Assembly (NCBI GenBank): GCA_002352445.1
Contig: DEIL01000020.1
Coordinates: 51 to 64,050, forward strand
Direction: 5' to 3'
DNA: 64,000 nucleotides
Origin: Desulfobulbaceae bacterium UBA2775
GTDB lineage: Bacteria > Desulfobacterota > Desulfobulbia > Desulfobulbales > Desulfocapsaceae
The position numbers and the translations under genes were made by a program. Positions 1 to 10,681 of the stretch are shown here, piece by piece (position 1 is the stretch's first letter; the number at the start of each line of letters is the position of its first letter). The notes under the pieces were generated by a model, which did not search any database, was not told the DNA's origin, and saw only the letters and a list, made by a program, of their open reading frames with translations.

Positions 1-429
1 AGTGAAAAACGGTCCAATGGGTTTTGTGGGACTTATAAACGCCGGATCCTTCTCATCCACAACCACATAAGTGATAAGAGAGACGAGTGGGCTGAAATCA
101 GCATCTTGTTCCATAAGGGATTCATCCAGTACGGATTCAATCATATAGCCAATCTGCCCCTGGGTCTGGGCCACAAGGATTTCCAGCGGCAGCTTGGGGA
201 CCTCATCACAGGATTCCTGTTGCAACATGAGATTGCCTACCTGGGGGCCATTGCCGTGGGTGATGATGATTCTATACTCGCTGGTAAGTGAGGCGATCTG
301 GCTGATAGAGACCCTTAAATTTTCGAACTGCTGGGCAATGGTTCCTTCCTGCCCCTTCTGGATCAGCGCATTACCGCCAAGGGCAATAAGCAAGGTCGGT
401 TTTTTTCCGCTGCCGGTACTGTGGTTCAT
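1..429 (-). CDS. arcC: Carbamate kinase (5' part; runs off the left edge)
   Basis: Not in the ORF track. Manual minus-strand translation from ATG 429 gives MNHSTGSGKKPTLLIALGGNALIQKG...IIITHGNGPQVG, containing the carbamate kinase ALGGNA and THGNGPQVG motifs; GGGAG RBS upstream. Confidence 0.92.
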   Translation of the reverse strand, partial: MNHSTGSGKKPTLLIALGGNALIQKGQEGTIAQQFENLRVSISQIASLTSEYRIIITHGNGPQVGNLMLQQESCDEVPKLPLEILVAQTQGQIGYMIESVLDESLMEQDADFSPLVSLITYVVVDEKDPAFISPTKPIGPFFT

Positions 430-455
430 GCAAATATCTCCCTGAAACAAAACAT

Positions 456-494
456 GTTTCAGCACCTAAGAATAGTTTTTTAAGGTGCCGAAAC
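456..494. other. Intercistronic hairpin between the ArcE-like gene and arcC
   Basis: GTTTCAGCACCT (456-467) pairs with AGGTGCCGAAAC (483-494), one mismatch. Confidence 0.45.
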
Positions 495-511
495 GTTACA
501 AATAACTCTGG

Positions 512-1828
512 TTAAGAATCGAGCATCTCTTTTACCAGTTCACCCAGTGTAGGTTTACTGTTGTCGCGATAAGCATAGCGAACCCGCAAAGTGGGCTTTT
601 CGATATTTACCAACCGGGTCAAATCAATGGGAGTTGCTGACACGACGATATCACAATCGCATGCGTTAATGGTTGCCTCAAGATCTTTGACCTGTTGGTC
701 GCCATATCCCATGGCCGGAAGTACTTTGCCTACGTTGGGATAGGTCTCAAATGTATCCTTCAGGCTGCCGACAAGATAAGGACGAGGATCAACAATTTCG
801 GCTGCACCATAACGCTCTGCTGCAATAACACCAGCACCGAATTTCATATGGCCGTGGGTTAAGGTGGGGCCGTCTTCCACAACAAGGACACGTTTGCCAG
901 CCATACTGTCACCATTTTCAGCCGATACTTCAGAATCAGCTAACACGATTTTTGCCTTGGGGTTATGTTTGGCGATAGTCTCTTTCAATGTTTCCACATC
1001 TTTGGGGTCAGCACTGTCTACTTTATTGATCACTGCTATATCAGCCAGCAGCATATTGGTTTCACCTGGATGAAAAGTGGTTTCATGGCCGACACGGTGA
1101 GGGTCAAAGACAACCACATTCACATCAGGTTTATAGAACGAGGTATCGTTGTTGCCGCCATCCCAGACCACCACATCTGCCTCTTCTTCGGCCTGTCTTA
1201 GAATCTTTTCATAATCTACACCCGCATAAATAATAGCGCCCATATCAACGACCGGTTCGTATTCTTCCCGCTCTTCAATGGTGCAGGCATGTTTTTCGAA
1301 ATCTTCATAGGTTGCAAAGCGCTGCACAATTTGTTTAGTCAAATCACCATAAGGCATGGGGTGACGTACCGAAACCACCTTTTTCCCATCATCCTGGAGA
1401 ACCTTTACTATCTCTCTACTGGTCTGGGATTTTCCACAACCTGTGCGAATCGCACAAACTGACACCACTTTTTTAGAGGACTCCAGCATTGTATACTGGG
1501 CGCCAATAATGATAAAATCAGCTCCTGCTGCAGTGACTTGAGAAGCTTTATGCATAACTTCCGTATGGGGGATATCGCTGTAGGAGAAAGCCACCAGATC
1601 TACGTTGTTCTCTTTGATCAGCTCCATCAGGTTTGAATCATTTTTGATGGGAATACCATCAGGATACATGGATCCTGCTATTTCGGGTGGATATTGACGG
1701 CCATCAATGTCGGGGATCTGGGTTGCGGTGAAACAGACAACATTATAGCGTTTGTTGTCTCTGAAATAAACATTGAAGTTATGGAAGTCACGACCTGCAG
1801 CACCCATAATTATTACATTTTCTACCAT
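512..1828 (-). CDS. arcE: P-loop NTPase of the cyclic 2,3-diphosphoglycerate synthetase/'predicted GTPase' family; arginine synthetase (ArcE) candidate
   Basis: Motifs GAAGRDFHNFN, P-loop RTGCGKS, EEREEYE, DGGNND, EDGPTLTHG; lies between OTCase and carbamate kinase genes. Confidence 0.8.
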   Translation of the reverse strand: MVENVIIMGAAGRDFHNFNVYFRDNKRYNVVCFTATQIPDIDGRQYPPEIAGSMYPDGIPIKNDSNLMELIKENNVDLVAFSYSDIPHTEVMHKASQVTAAGADFIIIGAQYTMLESSKKVVSVCAIRTGCGKSQTSREIVKVLQDDGKKVVSVRHPMPYGDLTKQIVQRFATYEDFEKHACTIEEREEYEPVVDMGAIIYAGVDYEKILRQAEEEADVVVWDGGNNDTSFYKPDVNVVVFDPHRVGHETTFHPGETNMLLADIAVINKVDSADPKDVETLKETIAKHNPKAKIVLADSEVSAENGDSMAGKRVLVVEDGPTLTHGHMKFGAGVIAAERYGAAEIVDPRPYLVGSLKDTFETYPNVGKVLPAMGYGDQQVKDLEATINACDCDIVVSATPIDLTRLVNIEKPTLRVRYAYRDNSKPTLGELVKEMLDS

Positions 1829-1863
1829 TGTGTTCCTCTTTTTGTTGATTTTATATAGGTTAA

Positions 1864-2865
1864 TTAGTTGCCTAAGGTGGCAACCATAACCGCCTTAATT
1901 GTATGCACCCGGTTTTCCGCCTCGTCAAATACAACCGACGCCGGGGATTCAAACACTTCTTCTGTGACTTCCATAGCCTCAATACCAAAATTCTGGTAGA
2001 TCTTTTCACCGATCTCAGTTTCACGGTTATGAAAGGCGGGAAGACAATGGAGAAATTTTACAGCTGGGTTGCCGGTTTTTTTAATTACCGCACTATTAAT
2101 CTGATAGGGGAGGAGTTGGGCAATCCTCTCTTTCCACACCTCTTCTGCTTCGCCCATAGAAACCCAGACATCGGTACAAAGAAAATCACAGCCCTTTACT
2201 CCGCTGTCAATATCTTCTGTGATGGTTATTTCGGCGCCGGTTTCTTTAGCTATTTCAATTGCTGTTGCAGTCAGTTCCTGGTCTGGCTGCAGATCCTTTG
2301 GTGAAACGGAGCGAAAATCCATGCCCATCTTGGCAGCTCCGATCATCAGGGAATTACCCATATTGTTTCTGGCATCTCCCAGATAAGCAAAGGTGATTTG
2401 ACTAAGAGGGTTGTGGCAGTGCTCTCTCATAGTAAGCAGATCCGCCAGTATCTGGGTTGGATGGTATTCATTGGTCAGTCCGTTCCAGACCGGCACACCG
2501 GCATATCTCGCAAGTTCCTCTACTTTAGACTGTTCAAATCCACGATATTCAATACCGTCATACATGCGGCCCAAGACCCTGGCGGTATCTTTTATTGACT
2601 CTTTTGCTCCCATCTGCGATCCGGACGGACCCAGGTAGGTGACGTTTGCCCCCTGATCATAAGCTGCGGTCTCAAAGGCACATCTGGTACGTGTTGACGC
2701 CTTCTCAAAGATTATAGCGATATTCTTGCCTTTTAGTCTTGGTTGTTCAAAGCCCGCATACTTGGCCTTTTTCAGATCAGCTGAGAGACCGAGTAGAAAC
2801 TCAATCTCTTGCTGTGAAAAATCTAGTAGTTTTAGAAAACTTCTGTTCTTTAGGTTAAATCCCAT
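1864..2865 (-). CDS. arcB: Ornithine carbamoyltransferase (catabolic context)
   Basis: STRTR carbamoyl-phosphate motif, HPTQ, DVWVSMG, HCLP. Confidence 0.95.
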   Translation of the reverse strand: MGFNLKNRSFLKLLDFSQQEIEFLLGLSADLKKAKYAGFEQPRLKGKNIAIIFEKASTRTRCAFETAAYDQGANVTYLGPSGSQMGAKESIKDTARVLGRMYDGIEYRGFEQSKVEELARYAGVPVWNGLTNEYHPTQILADLLTMREHCHNPLSQITFAYLGDARNNMGNSLMIGAAKMGMDFRSVSPKDLQPDQELTATAIEIAKETGAEITITEDIDSGVKGCDFLCTDVWVSMGEAEEVWKERIAQLLPYQINSAVIKKTGNPAVKFLHCLPAFHNRETEIGEKIYQNFGIEAMEVTEEVFESPASVVFDEAENRVHTIKAVMVATLGN

Positions 2866-2990
2866 TTTTAGTCTCCTTGTTTAACGTGCGCCGTATTTGT
2901 TTTCCACATCGATGTAGTCCATATTTATCATTATGATATCTCCTTTATGCCGCAGTATTGAGGTTGCTTTTCAAGCCAATTGGAGATAAC

Positions 2991-3007
2991 TTTTATAGAA
3001 TATAAAA
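2991..3007. promoter_or_regulatory. Candidate LysR operator (T-N11-A dyad) in the divergent arcB/lysR region
   Basis: TTTTATA-GAA-TATAAAA perfect 7-bp dyad about 50 bp upstream of the LysR start. Confidence 0.45.
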
Positions 3008-3058
3008 TATAGAATTCTCAAACACCAATTAAACGCTTTTATTCACTGCATAAACCAT

Positions 3059-3982
3059 ATGAATGTATTCAACTTCGACCTTAATCTTTTAGTGGTATTT
3101 AATGCGATTTATGAGGAAAAAAACCTGACCCGTGCCGGTCAAAGGCTTCACCTCACACAGCCGGCGATCAGTCATTCACTGAACCGGTTGCGGTCGGCTT
3201 TTAATAATCAACTGTTTGTTCGTCATGGTCACCAGATGGTACCGACCCCTTTGGCTGAAAAATTGAGATTGCAGGTTCTGGAAATACTGGAATTGACGGA
3301 AAAAATATTCGAGGGCTGGGAAAACTTTGAGCCCAGCAAATCTACACGCACGTTTTTAATCGGGATTCAGGATTATCCCTTGCTCGTAGTTCTGCCTCAC
3401 CTGCTGGAAATTACCAATAAAACAGCCCCATTCATCACCATTAAAACCAGCCATTTACGAAAAGAAGATCGCAAGATCGCCCTGGAAGAGGGAAAACTGG
3501 ATATGGTGATCGGTGTCAAGCAGGAGTTCGGCAGCAACATCAATCAGCAATACCTGTTTAGCGATCGGGAAGTCTGCATCATGAGAAAGGATCACCCAGA
3601 TATCGATACAACCCTTACCATGGAACAATATATCACGGCTGAATTCATTAGCCTGTCTGTATCCGAGTATGAGGAACAGGCGATTGATGTTAAATTAAAA
3701 GAGCTGGGAATAAAACGGAAAATACGGTTGATTGTAGAAAATGAAGCTACCGTACCCCATTTGATTGTCAAAACTGATTTTCTCGCAAATGTGGTCGACC
3801 TCGTTGCCAATGCTTTTGCTCCATGGCTGCCGATTAAAATAATGCCTATACCAATTCCAATCACCGATATAAAATTTTATCAATACTGGCACGTCCGTCA
3901 TCAAAAAGACCCGGCTCATGTGTGGATGAGGCAGGCCATGAAAAATGTCTGTGAGGTTATAAATCCTCACATTGACAAGTGA
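3059..3982 (+). CDS. LysR-family regulator (NodD/LeuO-like)
   Basis: DLNLLVVF...LTRAGQRLHLTQPAISHSLNRLR HTH; C-terminal WH...DPAHVWMR. Confidence 0.93.
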   Translation: MNVFNFDLNLLVVFNAIYEEKNLTRAGQRLHLTQPAISHSLNRLRSAFNNQLFVRHGHQMVPTPLAEKLRLQVLEILELTEKIFEGWENFEPSKSTRTFLIGIQDYPLLVVLPHLLEITNKTAPFITIKTSHLRKEDRKIALEEGKLDMVIGVKQEFGSNINQQYLFSDREVCIMRKDHPDIDTTLTMEQYITAEFISLSVSEYEEQAIDVKLKELGIKRKIRLIVENEATVPHLIVKTDFLANVVDLVANAFAPWLPIKIMPIPIPITDIKFYQYWHVRHQKDPAHVWMRQAMKNVCEVINPHIDK

Positions 3983-4030
3983 TGTCAGGCTCAAGCTGCT
4001 AATGATCTACTTAACCTGAACAGATACAAT

Positions 4031-5218
4031 TTATTTTGCAAATGGAAACCCCTCCTGTACTTCATTGCGAAACTCTTCAGAAGTGAAATAGATGTACCCT
4101 ATTTCAGCCAGAATTCGGCTCGTTTTTTTCATTTGCTTATAGGCAAATTGTACTGCAGCGCATTGAGTAAATTCTTTGGAATGAATCACAACGTCTTTAG
4201 CTTTATCAGTGATATTAAAATAAGCTTGCATGGCAGGCACTTCATAAGTCACATCCCCAAAGTCGGAAGATCCGCGCGAGGGTTCTGCCCACTCAGGGCC
4301 CATATTTAATTCCTCTGCTAACCTAATAAAGTTTTGATTCAATACGTCATTGGGTTTTCCAGGTTTATAGGAGTTGGCAATCTCTTTGACATCGGCTTTC
4401 GTATCTGTCATTAAAGCCGCACCTTTAGCAATGCTTAAAAAACGTTTTTTCATGGATAACAAATTATCTATATCAAAGGATCGAAGGTAGAAATCGGACA
4501 GAGAGTATTCCGGTATAATATTGGGTGCCTCACCCCCGTTAAGAATCACACCATGGATCCTGCTGGTTTCAGGAAGTTGCTGCCGCCAGGCATCCACACC
4601 ACTAAATAACAGACGGACAGCATCCAGTGCATTTAGACCTTTTTCAGGTGCAATAGCTGCATGGGAGGATTGACCTTGAAATTTAACTAAAAATTGCATA
4701 ATCCCTGCAGCCACTGTAGACTGAGAAGTGGCAGCATCAGACGGATGAGCCATCATCACAATATCAACATCTTCAAGAGCTCCGGCTTTAATCAGATCGA
4801 TTTTACACCCTCTTTTTTCCTCCGCAGGTGTACCCATAACAGTTATACGACCAGGAATATTATTTTCTTCAAGAAGTTGTTTTAAAACAATTCCCGTCCC
4901 AAGAGCAACTCCGGATATCAGGTTATGACCGCACCCATGTCCGATACCGGGAAGTGCATCATATTCAGACATAATACACACATTCGGGTGTCCATCTCCA
5001 GACGTGGCTTTAAAAGCTGTATCCAATCCTTTGAATTTCCGTTCAACAATAAATTCCCATTGTTCGAGAAGCTGGCACTGGATATCGCAAGCCATAATTT
5101 CTTCTTCAGAAAGCTCAGGATTTGAATGAATTTTACTTACGACAGCCTCAATTTGATCTTGATATTTTGTACAGTAATGACTGATCCGACTTTTTAAACT
5201 TTCCATTTCAATAGCCAT
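4031..5218 (-). CDS. M20 family amidohydrolase/peptidase (ACY1L2/PM20D2-like)
   Basis: EYDALPGIGHGCGHNLI, GTPAEE, MMAHP, GSSDFG motifs. Confidence 0.88.
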   Translation of the reverse strand: MAIEMESLKSRISHYCTKYQDQIEAVVSKIHSNPELSEEEIMACDIQCQLLEQWEFIVERKFKGLDTAFKATSGDGHPNVCIMSEYDALPGIGHGCGHNLISGVALGTGIVLKQLLEENNIPGRITVMGTPAEEKRGCKIDLIKAGALEDVDIVMMAHPSDAATSQSTVAAGIMQFLVKFQGQSSHAAIAPEKGLNALDAVRLLFSGVDAWRQQLPETSRIHGVILNGGEAPNIIPEYSLSDFYLRSFDIDNLLSMKKRFLSIAKGAALMTDTKADVKEIANSYKPGKPNDVLNQNFIRLAEELNMGPEWAEPSRGSSDFGDVTYEVPAMQAYFNITDKAKDVVIHSKEFTQCAAVQFAYKQMKKTSRILAEIGYIYFTSEEFRNEVQEGFPFAK

Positions 5219-5285
5219 TTTATTCTTGATTAAACCCCATTTCTACTTCAATAGATTCGTACCTGGAAGCAACTTCTTCAGATAA

Positions 5286-6311
5286 TCAAAGATACGGAAA
5301 TGTATCAATAATTTTCGTTTCCCATTCTGTATCAGTTTTTTCCTGGCACGTAATGAAACGCCACTCCACTTGACCCATCTGCCATTTTTCTTGAGAATTC
5401 AGCCCTATGTCCACTTTCATAACCATCCCGTACAAATAATGCTTCAGCTCTTCCCAAATACAGAAATCCCCCAGTCCATAAGCAATCAATTTATTCGCAT
5501 CACTACCATTTTCTTCGGAGTTAATACTGGTCACGGCTTGAGGAATGTGGGCGTGATGTCCGATGATTGCATCAAACTCATTAATCAAATTCTTTGCCAG
5601 GGTCACTGTTGCAGGTCTTGGAAAAAGTTCCAGGTCGTAACCCCAGTGCGGGTAAAGGACATTAAATTTGTCGGGTGTATAATAAGTATCAGCATCCTCC
5701 AGTTTTACTATATAATCACAATCTCTATTTGAAATGGTAGTTCCGGCAACAACACGAATATCATCGCCGATCTCTGCAAAAGGCTTCTGAACGGTACCAA
5801 AAGTTTGAAAGCCTTTTGATTCAATTTTGGCAAGAGAATCGGAGAAACCTTTATGACCAAAATCTCCAGCATGATTATTGGCGAAATTCAGGAAAGTTCT
5901 GTCAGGCTCAAAAAGTTCTGTAAGTGGTTCCAGGATCTGAATAGAATGCCTTTGGGCTAAGGGGTAGCCTTTATTGTCAGCGTCGGTAATGGTGGCCTCA
6001 AAGTTTCCTACCAGGTAGTCACAATCCAGAACGAATTCCTTAATGCTTTCCGAAACTGTTTCATTTTTCCCAGCCATATCCATAATATCGCCGATAAAAG
6101 CAACCCTGTATCCTGGTACTACATTGTCATTCAGACAAAATGATTGAGGGTTATACTTGACGATATCTTTGTTCTTATAACTTGGGCCATATGAGTTGCG
6201 AATGAAATACCCCAGAGTTTCCTTAAAACTAAAAGGACTGTTTTTCAGCGCGTTGTATATTCCTATTGGACTTAGAGGGATGGTTTTAATAAAATGGGCG
6301 GTTCTCTTCAT
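5286..6311 (-). CDS. CapA/PGA_cap-like metallophosphoesterase
   Basis: FIGDIM, GNFE, ANNHAGDFG, PHWG, IGHHAH, YGLGDF motifs. Confidence 0.8.
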   Translation of the reverse strand: MKRTAHFIKTIPLSPIGIYNALKNSPFSFKETLGYFIRNSYGPSYKNKDIVKYNPQSFCLNDNVVPGYRVAFIGDIMDMAGKNETVSESIKEFVLDCDYLVGNFEATITDADNKGYPLAQRHSIQILEPLTELFEPDRTFLNFANNHAGDFGHKGFSDSLAKIESKGFQTFGTVQKPFAEIGDDIRVVAGTTISNRDCDYIVKLEDADTYYTPDKFNVLYPHWGYDLELFPRPATVTLAKNLINEFDAIIGHHAHIPQAVTSINSEENGSDANKLIAYGLGDFCIWEELKHYLYGMVMKVDIGLNSQEKWQMGQVEWRFITCQEKTDTEWETKIIDTFPYL

Positions 6312-6432
6312 TTCTCATCTCTGATCTGCAGTCCTGTCCATAAAGGCCAGGCCTGTCTAGCATTGGTATTTTTGGATCGATTGATATTTAATCTGAGGAC
6401 TTCAGGGGATCAGTGTAAAATAGAGTACAATA

Positions 6433-7194
6433 CTAAAAGAAAATCTGTTTAAGAAACTCCTTGGTCCTTTCATGCTGCGGATTCGTAAAAAATTCAACTG
6501 GATTATTTTGTTCCATTATCTGGCCCTCATCCATAAAAATAACCCGGTCTGCCACTTCCTTTGCAAATCCCATTTCGTGGGTTACGCAGAGCATTGTCAT
6601 CCCTTCTTTTGCCAGGGAAACCATAATATCGAGAACCTCTTTGACCATCTCAGGGTCAAGTGCAGACGTCGGTTCATCAAAGAGCATTACATCCGGATTC
6701 ATACATAAAGAACGTGCGATTGCAACACGCTGCTGCTGGCCACCGGACAATTGTCCTGGATATTTATCTGCCTGTTCCGGGATATTTACTTTATTCAAAA
6801 AGTGCATTGCTTTCTCGATCGCCTGTTCTTTTGGCAAATCAAGACCCTGGATCGGTCCAAGAGTACAGTTCTCAAGTATTGTCAAGTGCGGAAACAGATT
6901 AAAGCTCTGGAAAACCATTCCGACTTCACGTCGAATATTCTCTATAATCTTACGGTCATCTATTAGCTCGACACCATCAACAACAATCTTTCCACCCTGG
7001 TATTTTTCTAAATAGTTTATGCAGCGAATCAGTGTTGATTTCCCGGAACCAGATGGACCGGCAATCACTATTCGCTCACCTTTTTTAACATCCAGATCAA
7101 TGTCTCTTAATACATGCAGATCGCCATACCATTTGTTCAGAGCGGAGATGGAAATTATGATCTTCGCTGGAGTTTTTTGGTCAGAATGGGCCAT
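6433..7194 (-). CDS. Polar amino acid ABC transporter ATP-binding protein
   Basis: [32 protein letters not shown]. Confidence 0.95.
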   Translation of the reverse strand: MAHSDQKTPAKIIISISALNKWYGDLHVLRDIDLDVKKGERIVIAGPSGSGKSTLIRCINYLEKYQGGKIVVDGVELIDDRKIIENIRREVGMVFQSFNLFPHLTILENCTLGPIQGLDLPKEQAIEKAMHFLNKVNIPEQADKYPGQLSGGQQQRVAIARSLCMNPDVMLFDEPTSALDPEMVKEVLDIMVSLAKEGMTMLCVTHEMGFAKEVADRVIFMDEGQIMEQNNPVEFFTNPQHERTKEFLKQIFF

Positions 7195-7229
7195 TAAACT
7201 TCTCCAATTTGTTGTTAAAGTTATGGTTT

Positions 7230-7925
7230 TTACCGCGGATTAAGCCATATATTACGTGCTTCCAATTTTCGCAAAATAGCTTCAGCAACAAGTACTATTG
7301 CGAGATAATTGATAGCGGCGACGTAGTAAACTGACAAATCAAGCGTCTCACTGAAAAGATATCGGGCCTGGCCCATCACATCGGTTACCGCGATAACACT
7401 GACAAGAGCTGAGGCCTTGAGTAAAAGTACAAACTCATTACCCAATGCCGGTAACATCCTCGCGGTAGCAATAGGAAGATGTATGAACCGAAATATCTGA
7501 AGCATCGACAAACTTACAGAAGCCCCGGCTTCTTCAAGAGATTTAGGAATGGCCAGCACTGCACCGCGTACTATTTCAGCCTGATAGGCCACTGTATTGA
7601 GAATGAGAGCGAAAAGACCACAGTAATATGCCTCCCGGAAAAGCCACCAGAGACCCAACTGACTCAGTGCCTTGTGAAACTGACCAGCCCCGTAATAGAG
7701 CAGGAATATCTGAACCAGAAGAGGTGTACCCCGGATTATATAGACATAGCCATAAGTGATTCGAGACATCCAGGTTCCAGTCCGGCTCCGTGCCAACCCC
7801 ACGGGGATGGCGATGATGAAGCCAATGACAAAACTCAATACTGTCAAAGAGAGGGTATTAGCAAACCCTATACGCCAGAGATCCAAATTATCCATCAAAT
7901 GAGCAAACATGTTAGCGTCCTCCAA
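7230..7925 (-). CDS. Polar amino acid ABC permease (HisM-like)
   Basis: [17 protein letters not shown] motifs; hydrophobic. Confidence 0.92.
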   Translation of the reverse strand: MEDANMFAHLMDNLDLWRIGFANTLSLTVLSFVIGFIIAIPVGLARSRTGTWMSRITYGYVYIIRGTPLLVQIFLLYYGAGQFHKALSQLGLWWLFREAYYCGLFALILNTVAYQAEIVRGAVLAIPKSLEEAGASVSLSMLQIFRFIHLPIATARMLPALGNEFVLLLKASALVSVIAVTDVMGQARYLFSETLDLSVYYVAAINYLAIVLVAEAILRKLEARNIWLNPR

Positions 7926-8628
7926 CCATATTTCTATTGACCCGTCGTTCTATTAACATCTGTCCTCTGCCGGAAATAAAAGAGAGCGAGACATAGACCA
8001 GCGCAAGGACGGTGTAGAAAAAGAAAGGCTCTTTGGTTGTCGCAATCGCCATATTTGTGTAGCGTACTATGTCACTGAGCGCAATTATCGAGACTAATGA
8101 GGTGTCTTTTAAAAGAATGAGCCACAGGTTACCAAATGCAGGTAACATGTGGCGCCACATCTGTGGCAGGATGACATTAAGAAAGGCCTTTCTTGACGAC
8201 AGACCGACTGAATAGGAGGCTTCCAACTGACCTTTGCCAACAGCTCTATATGCCGCACGGACAACTTCACTGCCCAAGGCACTGAAAACAAGTGTCAGGG
8301 CTAACATTCCGGCAACGAATGGATTAATACTTATGGAAATTCCGGGTAAAAAGAGTGAGGTGAAGGAATTTAAGATAGCCTGTGATTGATAGTAAATGAT
8401 AATAAGCGTTAGGATTTCCGGCAGACTGCGAAACAAAGTGGTGTAGCCATGTCCAGCCATACGCAGGAACCTATTCGGAGCCTCCTTTGACCAGGCGACC
8501 AAGAATGAAAATATAAGCGCAAATGGAACGGTCGCAAATGCCAGTGCTAAAGTGACTCCGAGGCCTTTAAGCAACTCATCACCCCACCCCTGGTCGCCGA
8601 ATGACAGTAATGCTATAAGCTCAAACAT
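7912..8628 (-). CDS. Polar amino acid ABC permease (HisQ/OccQ-like)
   Basis: FRSLPE, GQLEA, LLKDTSLVS motifs. Confidence 0.92.
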   Translation of the reverse strand: MFELIALLSFGDQGWGDELLKGLGVTLALAFATVPFALIFSFLVAWSKEAPNRFLRMAGHGYTTLFRSLPEILTLIIIYYQSQAILNSFTSLFLPGISISINPFVAGMLALTLVFSALGSEVVRAAYRAVGKGQLEASYSVGLSSRKAFLNVILPQMWRHMLPAFGNLWLILLKDTSLVSIIALSDIVRYTNMAIATTKEPFFFYTVLALVYVSLSFISGRGQMLIERRVNRNMVGGR

Positions 8629-8787
8629 TTTCGCTCACCTCTTTAGCATCGTTATTGTCTGATGATGTCTTTTTACTGACACACTATATAGACAATTAAT
8701 AATTCCGGGCACCTCCTTTTAACAGGATAAACAGTGAAGTATATCGGTACTGTGTTCAGCCCTATTACATGCCCCGAAACAGTCTCG

Positions 8788-9585
8788 TCACTTACTACCA
8801 AACAACTTTGAAGCTTTTGCCGGTGGAGTCATTATGTCAAAAGAAAAGTATTTTTCTCGAATCGTATTGTATGTACCATCGGCAACGATTTCCTCGATGG
8901 CTTTATTCAATGCAGCAAGCAGCTTGGCATCGTCTTTACGAACTGCAATTCCAGTTCCGTCATTTTCGTCCAACACAAAGCTATCGCCAACAAATTCATA
9001 ATCTGCACCATCACCTTTTTTCAGCCAATCTCCCAGTACAAACTGGCTGGCAAGAACTGCATCTACCCGTCCTGTTGTAAGATCGAGAAGTGCATCATCC
9101 AGCTTTGGATAGCGTTTAACTTTACTCTTGGTGAAATATCGATCTATCAGTTTGGATTCACCCGTGCCTGACTGCGTACCAATAATCTTTCTTTTCATAT
9201 CTCCAGGCATTCCACTCTTAAGTTTGAGTTCCTTAGATGTGATAAATCTGGCAGCGTTAAAATAGTATGGTCTTGAGAAATTAACAGCTTTTCGTCGTGC
9301 TTCAGTAATAGCCATTGATGCAATAATGGTGTCAAATTTGTTTGAATTCAGTGCAGGAATGATTCCGTCCCAATCTGTTGTTACCCATTCACACTTAACC
9401 TTCATACGCTCACAAAGTGCGTTGCCGATGTCGATATCAAAACCCTTTACGGCACCTGAACTATCGAAAAAATTGAATGGTGGGTAATAACCCTCTGTAC
9501 CCATACGGACAACACCATCCTTAGCAAAAGCTCCGGTGGATAACAAAGCTATTAAGATAAACGCGTTTAAAATACCCTTAATCAT
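8788..9585 (-). CDS. Basic amino acid (Lys/Arg/Orn/opine-type) ABC substrate-binding protein
   Basis: Signal peptide; GTEGYYPPFN, GFDIDI, WDGIIPAL, SMAITEAR (SBP family 3). Confidence 0.9.
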   Translation of the reverse strand: MIKGILNAFILIALLSTGAFAKDGVVRMGTEGYYPPFNFFDSSGAVKGFDIDIGNALCERMKVKCEWVTTDWDGIIPALNSNKFDTIIASMAITEARRKAVNFSRPYYFNAARFITSKELKLKSGMPGDMKRKIIGTQSGTGESKLIDRYFTKSKVKRYPKLDDALLDLTTGRVDAVLASQFVLGDWLKKGDGADYEFVGDSFVLDENDGTGIAVRKDDAKLLAALNKAIEEIVADGTYNTIREKYFSFDIMTPPAKASKLFGSK

Positions 9586-9769
9586 AGTTCCCTCCTAAAA
9601 TTTATTCAGATTCCCACTTACCTGTAACGGGTTATACCCTCATATCCTTTATAGAATGGGCATGTGTTTTAAGCAAATTAATATTGAAAATATCAAGTAT
9701 AATTTCTGCTTATGTTGTACTATGATTGAAGACAAAAAAGAACTCATGAGGAAATATTCAAGGAAGAAG

Positions 9770-10681
9770 ATGGATAAATTTGCTCGAAATCTTGATTGGA
9801 ACCTTCTTTATACCTTTATGGTTATAGTTCAAGAAGAAGGTATGGCAGCAGCAGCGGAACGGTTGCTTGTAACCCAGCCTGCTGTTAGCCTTGCCTTAAA
9901 GCGGTTGGAGGCGACTACTGGAGTTAGACTGATTGAGCGTGGTGCAGGGAAATTAGCAATGACATCAGCGGGTGAGGCATTATATCCAGAAGCTTGTAAG
10001 GTTTATGCTTCCATTTCTCGGCTTCCAATTGCCTTTGAACAAGCTCCTAAATCAGTTTCTGGAAAGATTTCTATCTCTACAATCAGCAAGGTTGTTTCCG
10101 ATGATTTTGACACAGTCTTATCCGAATTTTTCAAGAATTATCCAAAAGTCGAACTCTCAATTTCGGTTGTGACAGCCTCTGAAATCATCCGGGGAGTGGA
10201 ACTTGGGCGTATTACCCTTGGTGTGTGTGGCGGAGTTATTCCAGATATGCTCACCAAACAGTGGTTGCTGCGGGAAGATTTCGGAATATTTTGTGGAAAC
10301 TCCCATTCTCTGTTCGGGAATAGTGATTTGTCACTGGACGATTTAAGAGGGGAACCATTTGTCACTTTCACCGCAGACATATTAGGCGGTGAACATATGG
10401 GTGATGTAACGGCCCTGCGTGCACAAGCTTCGTTTGGTCAGTTTGTACGAGGCCACTCCACGGATGTGGACGAGTTGCGTAGAATGATAGAAATTGGATT
10501 AGGTATCGGCTTCCTGCCACTCCATCTTGCAGCCCCCCATGAGCAATCAGGGAGTCTGTGGAGGTTGCCGCCTTACGATAAAATTCCAAGTGCCGATATT
10601 TATTTGATTTGTAATCCGGCAACCAATTTCAACCCTGCAGAACGTATTTTCCTAGATCAGATAATCGATACAAATTTATAG
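9770..10681 (+). CDS. LysR-family regulator, divergent from the ABC operon
   Basis: LDWNLLYTF...AAAERLLVTQPAVSLALKRLE HTH; start likely ATG 9770 or 9746 rather than 9656. Confidence 0.9.
   Translation: MDKFARNLDWNLLYTFMVIVQEEGMAAAAERLLVTQPAVSLALKRLEATTGVRLIERGAGKLAMTSAGEALYPEACKVYASISRLPIAFEQAPKSVSGKISISTISKVVSDDFDTVLSEFFKNYPKVELSISVVTASEIIRGVELGRITLGVCGGVIPDMLTKQWLLREDFGIFCGNSHSLFGNSDLSLDDLRGEPFVTFTADILGGEHMGDVTALRAQASFGQFVRGHSTDVDELRRMIEIGLGIGFLPLHLAAPHEQSGSLWRLPPYDKIPSADIYLICNPATNFNPAERIFLDQIIDTNL

Noticed and set aside
5286-6311. Poly-gamma-glutamate capsule locus
   Set aside because: capB/capC are absent; only the CapA-like hydrolase domain is present.
8703-8779. Possible structured RNA between the binding-protein and permease genes
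   Set aside because: Pairing is weak and imperfect; consistent with an ordinary intercistronic stabilising hairpin.
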